A stretch of DNA of 64,000 bases from Lophium mytilinum (taxonomy: Eukaryota): positions 186,001 to 250,000 of the forward strand of contig MU004197.1 in assembly GCA_010093605.1 (NCBI GenBank). Direction: 5' to 3'. The notes beneath the pieces are model-generated. The model was not told where the DNA came from, searched no databases, and saw only the letters and a program-made list of their open reading frames with translations. The position numbers were made by a program, and so were the translations under genes. Positions 52,249 to 61,935 of the stretch are shown here, piece by piece. The stretch's first letter is position 1; every line of letters starts with the position of its first letter.

Positions 52249-52677
52249 GATGAATCTGATTTTGTCTACGTTACTGGGCAGGGTTCTCAAGGCTCCACGT
52301 CGCTTACGACCTGTCTCTCGGCAGGCAGGCTTAGCTTAGTATCGGAAGTTTCTTTGCGCTTTCAGAATAAAGATTCTCATGAACACTACCGTGGGCGTTT
52401 AAGGTGTGGTTTTTTTCCTACGTGAAGGGAAATAAGAGCGGGCCCAACAGGGAACGATCTAAGTCGGGTTTTTGCTTTTCCTTGATCTTCTTTCAGCTAA
52501 AGCGGATAACACGGTCTCTTCCATGTTTGTTATGAGCTCCCTGGTTTGAGAAGAGCGATGAGATCCAGGACACTCTATGTTTGGGTTTGTTTGGGAGTAG
52601 CGGTAAGGACTACGGTAGGCAGGTGCACGTTACCTCTTGCATGTAGCCTCACCTTCCTCCAGTCCTCTTCTCTCCTA

Positions 52678-52719
<42 letters not shown>
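52678..52719 (+). repeat. (CAT)14 microsatellite within the shared upstream element of B6
   Basis: 14 perfect CAT units. Confidence 0.95.
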
Positions 52720-52722
<3 letters not shown>

Positions 52723-53042
52723 TCACATCACGTACAAGGCCTACAGCTCTTTGCTTTGTGACACTCTTTCCACACATTTCCTCCGGCTTTAGACAATTCG
52801 TACTATGAGCTCGTCTACACAACATCGAGAAGCACTGAAATTCCGCGAAAGCGTAAAAACAAATTAAACCTAACGCCAAGCGGTCATCAAGCTGCTTGAA
52901 AAGTGGAGTGGTGAGCAGCCAGGGTGAAATCCTCTCGCCAAATATTGCTCTCTGACCTATTTGGTCCGGTCGTTCCTCTCGAACGTCCACCTGCTCAACA
53001 CCTTCTTCAAAGTGAGGAAAGATAGCGGCGGAGCTAGAAATC

Positions 53043-54474
53043 ATGAAGGTAAATTTCACTCCTGATCTCGGTTACTTGCTAAAATACTAATCGCTCGACC
53101 AGCTCACCGGTATCGAAGCAATTACCGCTCATCATAAATCATCAATCCTTGCGCCATTACGACCGCACCAGAAGCGTACCCTAGACCACTCCCACAACTG
53201 GGAGTCGCCGCAAGCTCCTCGAGGATTCGGCGATGACAACCCACCTCCAGCGAAAAAGGCAAAACGAGGGTCACCACTCGATCATGATACAGAGGATGTA
53301 GACGAGATTCCAAGATTGGTTTCGGACATTGGTGCAATCACCGCACAGCCCCCCGTGGAGGTACTTGATCTATATGGCATCTCTTCTCAAGGCTTTCAGT
53401 TGCTAACTACCACTCTAGGTCGTCGACGCGCTAGCCACTGCGCAAACGAAACGAATGACGATATTATCTCTTGACCGCGCCTGGGATATCAATCTTGTCT
53501 TCCACCCGGATGGTGAGGTGAAAATCTCATCCTCTGGGCACCCAACAGAGGTTGAGTTTCAAGTGGATCCTCACGGCGAGCTGAATCTTAGCGTGAGAAG
53601 CAACTCCACAGTTACGCCGTATCTTAAGACCGAGGTATGTCCGCCGAACGATAAAAGCTGATGTTCCTGGTGATCTTGGGAGATTTTTAGCTTTCGGTGA
53701 CTGACATTGGAATAGCTATTCGATACTAACGGCGACGAGAGGCTTGTCATTCGCACACGCCCAAATGTATATCGACCCACAGTGTTTACATTTCTCAAGC
53801 TACCTGAAGAATTGAGACACATGATCTACGACATGGTACTCGAGGCGGATGGTACTTCCGGATGGCTGTCTCATTATCGCAGAAACTATCAGAACTGGTT
53901 GGTATCACATCGCCAAACGCGACCAGTACCTCGTTCGGAGGATGGGCCTGGCATAGACTTCCGCGGTCATCGGTGGTGCCTAGGAACGGCTCAAAAGTTA
54001 TTGTGGATCAATCGAAAAATCCGTGCTGAAGTATCGGCCAAGGTTTTCCGCATAGCGATACTGAAACTGCCGAGAGGCTACCCAGATGAGTTCCATGATC
54101 TTGACATGGTACGCAAGGTACTCCGGCAGATCAACGACTTCGGAAGAAAGAGCCTTCGGGAGCTATATCGGATCACGTGGTGGACGAACAGCTGGGATGG
54201 AGACAAGTCAAAGAAGACGCGCGAAATTGAGGTAGTATCTGATGTCGTGCAACTTCTCCAAGCATGTACCAATCTCCAACGACTGGAGATTGGAATTCCC
54301 GAGAGAAAAGGTTTGGCTCCTTCCATGCTGAAGCCTTCCAAGTTCGAAGGCGTTTGCGGGTTCGCTTTGCTTCGTACCATCAAGCATGTTCCGGCGGTTC
54401 AATTCTGGGGCCCCAATGATCCGCTAAAGAAGTGGCTCTACGATGGCATGAGACAATCGGTGCTCTCAGAGTGA
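53043..54474 (+). CDS. F-box-like protein, family B copy 6 (4 exons; start uncertain)
   Basis: ATG AAG|gtaaat; exon with PPAKKAKR and DVDEIPR; beta-rich exon; FTFLKLPEELRHMIY...QKLLWIN. Confidence 0.78.
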
Positions 54475-54800
54475 GTCACCGATTGTTGAATCACATGACC
54501 ATGCTCCATCTCATGGTATGGCAGGCAGACTACCACCATGGACAAGGAAACGCAGACAGGAACATCTTGGCCATGGATGGAGGACATCATGCTGTGGCGC
54601 CCCAATGATCAGCTAAAGAAGTGGCTCTACGATAGTATGGGACACTCGGTACTCTCAGAAACACTCTTTGAGTGAGTTACTCGTTGTTGAACCACATGGT
54701 CATGCTCCCTCTCATTGTACCACAGGGAGACTACCACCAAGAACAAGGAAACGCAGACAGGAACAACTTGGCCATGGCTAGAGGGCTTCATGTTGTGGGG
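54411..54800 (+). repeat. Tandem duplication (~190-200 bp) of the B6 C-terminus and 3'UTR
   Basis: CCCAATGATC.GCTAAAGAAGTGGCTCTACGAT...GGAAACGCAGACAGGAACA present at ~54412 and ~54601. Confidence 0.9.
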
Positions 54801-55204
54801 TACCGATCTAGACATTTGATACCTGGTGGCTTTCTCTGGACCGCTCCACGAAGGAGCATTCGAGAGACATGGGTGGAAGACCACGACTTGCATCCTCCAT
54901 AGTCTGGGGATGCTAGCACAGCGGTAGGCGTGTAATAGAGATTCTCGAAAAGGACCCACTAGCTAGATATTGGTGTCTGAAACTTGACTAACATAGGGAG
55001 AGGAGGGACGCTGAGTGAGTCTGGGAGCAGTACTTAGCGTCAAAAAGATACCTCTCAAAAGCTGCAGCGCACGGTCCCCCGAGTTAGGACCGGCGCGAGG
55101 TGAAGGTGGAAATAATTTATCCGGTTGCGTCTTCAGTCTATAATCCTACTCTTTTCATCCTCCATCATCCGATCATCACCCAGTCCTCAACTTTTCATCT
55201 CGCC

Positions 55205-56042
55205 ATGGCAGAAAGGCCAGAAGTCCAAAAGGTACGGAATGTCAAGGATCACAGATGCTTCATATCATGCTCTGCTAACGGTTTCATAGGCTCGCTACCG
55301 CGAACCCCATGAAGGAGACATCGAGGAGATTCCGAGAGTCGTCCACGAGACCGATATCGCTGTCGCGCAACCACAGCCCAGTCTACGAGACCCTACAATT
55401 TCCCTTTTCCAGAACTTGCCCGCCGAGCTGCGATTAAAAATCTATAATCATGTGCTCGACTTGGACGCCGAAGGATGGGCTTCCAGACCCCGTAAGTCTC
55501 GTGCCCAAGACAGATACTCGCGAGTGTGCCAGCCCAAGGTACCAAATGGTCTAGGCTTCACTCAGAAGCTCTTGTGGATCAACAAGCTGATCAGAGCGGA
55601 AGTATCTGCAGAGATATTTCAGTTCGAGGTGTTTGACTTCAGCGGCTCCGTGTCCTGGGATCTCACAATGGTGCGCGACGTTCTTACACAGATTGGAGAA
55701 GCCGGACGGAACAAGATCAAGGAACTTCGATCAATCAACTGGTGGGGCAGGGACTGGAATGCGGACTCTCCTTCGGACAATTCAAGATCTGAGAAGGATG
55801 CGCAATGCGCTGCCGCGGTCGTGAAGCTTATCGGCTCATGTAAGAACCTGGAGCGTTTGAGTGTTCGCTACTCTTGTTGGAGCAACGGATCGTTAAGAAT
55901 CATGAGGCCTTCGGAGGTTGAAAACCTTTTCGGAGTTGTTCTATTCGACTCCATTACACAGCGGGCTGCAGGACTAGCAACGACTACTACCCACTGGTTT
56001 AGGCGAAGCTCTTCTAGTTCTGTTCATTCGACATCAAATTGA
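55205..56042 (+). CDS. F-box-like protein, family B copy 7 (intron 55232-55289; divergent C-terminus)
   Basis: MAERPEVQK|, DIEEIPR, FQNLPAELRLKIY...QKLLWIN...IGEAGRNKI. Confidence 0.8.
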
Positions 56043-56261
56043 GGGGTGGCCCGGCTAGGTAGTAGCCAATGAGGCAAAGAGTAATCTGATTGGCATGGCC
56101 TGGAGCCTGGGTTTACAAGACTAGACGAACAGTATGGGTTCACGGATTCATTACTGCTCGGCTCCAACTCTGCTTGCTCAACAGCACTGGAAGGGGTGGC
56201 CCAGCTAGGTAGAAGCCAATGAGTCAAAGAATAGTCTGATATACACTTCCTTGAGCCTAGG
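56021..56261 (+). repeat. Two ~90-bp direct repeats (150-bp period), related to the 27.5-kb repeats
   Basis: AGGGGTGGCCC.GCTAGGTAG.AGCCAATGAG.CAAAGA.TA.TCTGAT at 56042 and 56192. Confidence 0.8.
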
Positions 56262-56268
56262 ATGCTAC

Positions 56269-57105
56269 TTATACCACATCCGTAACATCATACGAAATCC
56301 GACTAACCCCCTTCGACCGACTAATCTTCTTCACCACAATCCCACCCACATCCCCCGTACTCGGCAAATGCGTCCCCCCACACGGATACGACCCCACGCC
56401 CTCCACCTCGACCACCCTAAACACCCCCTCCTCCGGCACCGCCATCTCCTCCGGCACCGCCGTACACTTACTCCTCGTCGTCTCCTCATCCCACCACAGC
56501 ACGTTCACCGGAAGCCCCTGCTTCACCAACTCATTCGCCTGGTCCTGAATCGCCTTCTTATGCTCCCCAGCAATCGACCCGAAATACTCCACCGACGCAG
56601 CCCCCGGCGCATGATTCGCTTTACTCTCCGACACCTTCCCCAGCTCCGGGATCGACGACTCCGCGAGCTGCCGCACCGCGAGACCGAGCAAGTGGCCCGC
56701 GGTGTGGAGCCGGGAATGGAAGTTCCGCTTCTCGTCGTCGATGGCTTGCATGATAGTCTGGCCCTCCGCAAACACGCCGCCGCTGATCTCCGCGGGCGAG
56801 GTGAAGGTTCCTTGGTGCAGGATGCGGTCTTTGGGGAGCTTGCGGACCGATTTGACGTCGAATTGGATTTCGGATGATCCTGGGGAGGCGGATTTGATGG
56901 AGCCGGTGTCGCTGGGTTGTCCGCCGCCCTGTGGGTGGAAGATGGTCTCGCGCGTGGCGATGATGTAGTCGGTGTCGGCGGCGGTTTTGAAGAAGCTGCG
57001 GTCGTCGTCCGGGAGGGTGGTGATGGGGTGGCAGGATAGGACGGCGGTTGCGAGGTTGCGCAGGGCGCCGTCTTTTTGGTAGACTGCTAGGGTTCGAGAT
57101 GCCAT
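56269..57105 (-). CDS. Free-standing AlaX-type aminoacyl-tRNA editing protein (ThrRS/AlaRS editing/SAD domain)
   Basis: TIFHPQGGGQPSDTG, HxxxH (HTAGH) and CxxxH (CGGTH) zinc-binding motifs; 278 aa, intronless. Confidence 0.92.
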   Translation of the reverse strand: MASRTLAVYQKDGALRNLATAVLSCHPITTLPDDDRSFFKTAADTDYIIATRETIFHPQGGGQPSDTGSIKSASPGSSEIQFDVKSVRKLPKDRILHQGTFTSPAEISGGVFAEGQTIMQAIDDEKRNFHSRLHTAGHLLGLAVRQLAESSIPELGKVSESKANHAPGAASVEYFGSIAGEHKKAIQDQANELVKQGLPVNVLWWDEETTRSKCTAVPEEMAVPEEGVFRVVEVEGVGSYPCGGTHLPSTGDVGGIVVKKISRSKGVSRISYDVTDVV

Positions 57106-57458
57106 TGTTTGCGGGTTTGAGGGAGAGTGATGATGGAGATTGAGATGGGCTCGGGAGTCTGCAATGCCGCTAGGAATCTAAGAAACAGGTCTGAAGATGC
57201 TCTCTGACTAGCTCAATGAAACGAGAGAAGAGCACAAATGAGACGAGTATATATTCAAATTGGAGAATGACTGTGGTTGTTCAGATGTTTCGAGAAGGAT
57301 GCATGTCAAGCGTAGGGCGTCACATGCCAAGAGGTGTCGGGAAAAATAAGTGTTCCCGGTGGACCAATCGAAAATTGGTATCCGCTAAAATACCTGATTG
57401 GTCCGATGTTTTTCATTTCTGAATTCCTAATTCAACACCGCCATCTCTGCTTCACCTC

Positions 57459-58422
57459 TTACGTCGGTGAAGAGCCCATCTTTGAAGGATTTAGTGCTAG
57501 AGTCTCTGTCGCTGGAGCATCGACCGTCGCATCCTCCTCCTCCGGAGGATCCCACCTAAAACATTTCGCCTGCATCTCCGGCTTCGGTCCCCATTTCCAG
57601 TCTCCCACATACCTCATCCCCACCTTGCGATACAGCGCCTCTCCCGCCTTCGCAGCAGTCAGCGACACAGGAATCTTCTCCTCCCTCGCATGATCAAATC
57701 CCCACTTCAGAAGCAGCTGCCCGATGCCCCTCCGCTGAAAACTCTTATCAACTATGATATCGCAAACGCCCCAAAAGTCCTCCGGGTCCTTGTCTTTGGG
57801 ATCGAAATATCTTTCATCTCCATTGCCGTACGTCCAGTACCGGATGAGGCTCTCGGAGGGATTCATAATGACCTCCATGGATTGGGCTATCCAGGTGTTG
57901 CGCAGCCATAATGAGAATCCTGCATAGATAGATCAGCAGAGTGTTGATTGTGATCTATAATTAGATTCAAGATGTCGGGCGAAGCCTTCTTTACACAGCA
58001 AGTCTTTTAGGAAACACACGCGATCGTAGTCACGTGACCCTGGAGCGTCCAATTGGTTCCCTTCAACACGAAGCGAATCGAAAACATGTAAGAATATACA
58101 CACTTTGCCAAACAGTCTGCTTATTCCACCATTTCTTCTTCACCTCTTTACTCTCGCCATTTCGGCACCATATGCAGAACCCTGCGATCTTGGGTGCGCC
58201 GGTCCATCTATCGTCGGAGGGCTCGGTTACTGCGACTATGATGCGTATAGCGGGCCATTCCATCATCTTTATGTTTCGCTTTTCGTAGGCTTTCAGGTAG
58301 GCAGCTGGGTGCTTCTTGCGGCCCGGGTAGAGGTACTCGTCCATTTCGTCTTCGTCATTAGAGTTGATCGTGATTTCGGCGATGCGAGGGATGTCGCTTG
58401 CGGTGGCTGCTCGGACTTTCAT
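57459..58422 (-). CDS. GNAT family N-acetyltransferase (2 exons; intron ~57921-58103)
   Basis: MKVRAATASDIPRIAEI N-terminus, IAGFCIW, acetyl-CoA motif FQRRGIGQLL, GEALYRKVG. Confidence 0.88.
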
Positions 58423-59362
58423 GTTGGGATAAAGGGAGAGAAGTTGGAGCGGTCAGGTGTTGTATTTCAGCAGTTTTGAAGCACGCGGAGGCGTTGTAGG
58501 AATTTCGTTTCACGTTCAAGCTTGAGGAGTGGAACTATGATACCTTAAACCGTAAAATCAAAGTTGAAATATTCGAGGCTTTTAGAAGTTGATCGTCAAG
58601 CTGCAACATACGGGGTTAGTACATTTTACTGCTGACATGACGCGGCGCATCACGGTAAGGCTAGACCATTACCTCATGAAAACAAAATGAGTCAACTTTT
58701 GTACGGCGGTGCATGTTACCGGATGAGCACCCACGCATGTCGAAACACAGAGTACATAGTACTGCGCCTCGTAAGGCTGACTGCATTTCATACGATAATC
58801 TGGATGGTGAGATTGGACTGTTCGGGTATTGCGTTGACTCACATTTTTAGCGCATCGGTACTTCGTATTTGCGCCCTTAGGATCGACAATCCTAGTACAA
58901 CATCAGGTTAGATCAGCCCTTTGCTTCGATATTCGACACTTGTCATTCATGTAGGTGTGACTCCAGGAATACTACTATCCAAGATGTAGGGGAGGTGTAC
59001 GAAGTGTGCAGATGTGAAGCGGGGAACTCCGGACGAATAGGTTTGACCCTTGCTATGATTGGCCAGATAGTCTATCCCCTGGAATCAAACACCTACCTTT
59101 GTAAAAGAATGACATAGACCGTCGCGATCACGAAATGAGGACGAAACTATGATGAAGAAGGTTTGACTACCGAAATATCTAGTACGGCTTGCCTGATTTC
59201 TCATTCGCTATCGGCATTGGCAAATCGCAGCAAACAACAAGGAGATAGGCAGACCCCATTGCCCTCATCCGTAATGATCATCACACCATACTCGCCAACC
59301 TTGAGCGCCCGACAGAAATCCAAGCGCTTGATAGCAAAGGCGCATCATCGGAGACGGTATCC

Positions 59363-60853
59363 CTACGGTGACGAACTTCTTCCCCGTTTGCGCTTGCTCT
59401 TTTCTTCGGGATTTCGCAGCGGAAAGTCTCCTCCATGCATTAGATACTCCGTCACTGGAACATTCAAGCTATTGTCGTCGTCAACCGGGTTCTGACTACC
59501 CAATCTGTCCAGTTGGTAGAGATTTCTCCGTCCATAGAACTTGTCAATAGTAGAGTAAGGATATGAATCAGGGTTCACCAGAGCCTCTTCATGGGTGAAC
59601 CCCTCCAGCAGCTTCCCTTTGAAAGAAAGCCGACTGATAGCACTGGATGATAACAATTGATGGAGTTGAGGAAGAGTCCAACGCCAGGTACTACCCGTGA
59701 GCATAACATGCTCAAGCTCGAGGACTTTGAGGTCCTGGTGACCGTCAAGAAAACGTAGCATGAAGTCGGCGTCCATTCCCATCCACGTAAGGGAGAGGCG
59801 TTCCAGCTTTAACCATACGAATCGCTCCTCTTCGTTGCGCGGATGAATGAAACGCTCGAACTGAGTTGGCATGTTTCGGTACTCCGCTGCCGGGCGACAG
59901 CGTTTGAAGGAAAGCCTCAAGTCTCTGAGATTAGGCATTTTGATGAGAGCCTTTTGGATTGCACCTACTGGAGCAATGAACCTCCTATTGAAGTCTGCTA
60001 GCGTCATGATGATTTTGAAGTCAATGGTGGTCAACGTTGAGGTATTCAAGGGTGTCGGATTAATACTCCCATACCAGCATCGAATTGGCCTCTCCCATCG
60101 GTCGAAGAAGGATCCGGACTGGCTCTCAAAAACGGAAGTCGTCATAGAAGCCTCAAGCGTCTTGAACTCGACACTAGAGCAACGGCAGGCGATTTGTATG
60201 CCCTTGAAGAAATCCTGCGCACGCCACCCCATTGACCTGCAGGTGATCTCTGTCACTACCTCCGAGAACTTGACAGACTCGAGACCTGGCAATCCTTCTA
60301 TCAAGTCTATAAGGCAGGGACGATAAACTCCCTCGATCCACAGGCCTCGGGGGTCCTCGCAGGGTCTTTGGTGCTTTACATGTTCTATAGTGGCGTCTAT
60401 TACCTTGAAGAGGTCCGCTGCTTCCAGATGAATACTCGGATCCGAAACGAATTCTAGAGACTTGACATGCTGAGCAAACTGCGAGCCCTTGGTAACCAAC
60501 GTGAGCAGTCGGTCGAAACTAGCCATGTTGTCCTTCAGACACGCTTCCGAGAAGAGATGGGTGATAGCGATCGTGTTGTAAGCCGAAGATGCGCGCCGGA
60601 ATGCCTTGAGCGTGGGTACGTCGAGATAGTTGCATATCATGTGTAAGAGCTCCGGTAGGATGACAGGAATGTTCACAGGTCTGTACGCCGGCTTTGACTT
60701 TGACTTCGCCTCGTCACTGTCGCTGTCGCTGTCAATCCATCCACATTGTTCGTCCCGCTTCATGCTAGCGTCTTGAGCGCATTGCGCGAACTCCCAGTCC
60801 CCTTCGAGTCGCTGTTCTGTCAAACACGCTCGTAACAATGAGAGATCCTCCAT
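59363..60853 (-). CDS. F-box-like / LRR-like protein, family A copy 5
   Basis: First ATG at 60853 (ORF open further upstream); ILPELLHMICNYLDVPTLKAFRR..HLFSE; VTEYLMHGGDFP; basic C-terminal KSKRKRGR. Confidence 0.85.
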   Translation of the reverse strand: MEDLSLLRACLTEQRLEGDWEFAQCAQDASMKRDEQCGWIDSDSDSDEAKSKSKPAYRPVNIPVILPELLHMICNYLDVPTLKAFRRASSAYNTIAITHLFSEACLKDNMASFDRLLTLVTKGSQFAQHVKSLEFVSDPSIHLEAADLFKVIDATIEHVKHQRPCEDPRGLWIEGVYRPCLIDLIEGLPGLESVKFSEVVTEITCRSMGWRAQDFFKGIQIACRCSSVEFKTLEASMTTSVFESQSGSFFDRWERPIRCWYGSINPTPLNTSTLTTIDFKIIMTLADFNRRFIAPVGAIQKALIKMPNLRDLRLSFKRCRPAAEYRNMPTQFERFIHPRNEEERFVWLKLERLSLTWMGMDADFMLRFLDGHQDLKVLELEHVMLTGSTWRWTLPQLHQLLSSSAISRLSFKGKLLEGFTHEEALVNPDSYPYSTIDKFYGRRNLYQLDRLGSQNPVDDDNSLNVPVTEYLMHGGDFPLRNPEEKSKRKRGRSSSP

Positions 60854-61935
60854 CTTAGACGTTGAAGAGCTGTGTTGTAGAGTTGGTAGGAGCCGCTCGC
60901 AGACGATCTGCTTGTTGGTGCTGCTTCGGGGTTTGCAGATGGGGCCCGCACAGGGTCTGCCCGTTGGCGCTGATAGTGGGGTGTACCGAGCTTCAGGGTT
61001 TGGTATGTAGTGGGTGGTAGAGTGGTCGGCAAAGTGGCTTGTTCGCTGATTGAAGAGCGCCTGGTAGGCACGCGGGCCGGCTCGTAAGTGAGAGGAACAG
61101 CGATCCAGATCTTTCACCACAAGGATGACCGACAAGAGATTTGCAGTGAGTAGACGAGAATTCGGGTGTGGCTGCGAGGTATTCTGTCATGATTAGCAGG
61201 CAACTCAAACCAATGTACAGGCTGCGTTCCATCTCCACCCAATTTTAGAATCCAGACGAGTAATATCACGTGACCCTAATGCACGTGACATCTGAACCCT
61301 CATAGAAAGCCCGGGACTTTCCCGAACGCTTTTACGGGATTCAAAGAAGGAGGGTTTGGAATGAAAATGGAGATCCAGATCATGAAATATGTCACGAGCG
61401 TCACTAACAAAGTCATCGTATGCTTTTACTTCACCTGCCTTCCTTTTATTGATAGGTGACACTTCTATGTAATTGTTACTTCGTTGGTGGTTTCGAGGCA
61501 TATTAGTGGTTATATCTAAGGCATAGTCCTATGTCGCTTCGCTTGCTGGATCAATAGATAGCTCTTAGGCGTAGTTGAAACATTTCCTCATGAGCAAAGT
61601 TAATTATTAACCTCAACGTCAAATTTCCATCCTGTAATGCTATTGAGTTCACCAAATAATGAGATGTCCGGGTACCCTTCACGACTTGAAAAGCGCAGAC
61701 CTGGCTTGCTCTAGTCACAACTCCACCCTCATGAGGAAACGTCTCGTCGAAAAACATATATTCATCCACTCCTTTCTTTGTGTGTAGTGAAGGCCTCAGG
61801 AATCGATCGTTAATCCATCCAAGTCCCTTCCGACATTGCTCATTCGCGTGCGCCGAATGCCACACTCCTCTGAGAATCTGGATTCTCCGACCCATGGGAT
61901 GCTGACCCTGCTATAAATTGCATTGATAAGCGCAA

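Noticed and set aside
52546..53059. Poly-His (+) and poly-Asp (-) ORFs
   Set aside because: Both are translations of the (CAT)14 microsatellite in a non-coding upstream element.
56024..56227. 67-aa minus-strand ORF with repeated HWLLPS.ATP
   Set aside because: In-frame only because the repeat period is 150 bp; no ATG start and no evident conserved frame in the 27.5-kb copies.
60854..61135. 94-aa N-terminal extension of A5 from a non-ATG start
   Set aside because: Paralogs have short N-termini; the first ATG at 60853 has a reasonable context and the extension looks like 5'UTR.
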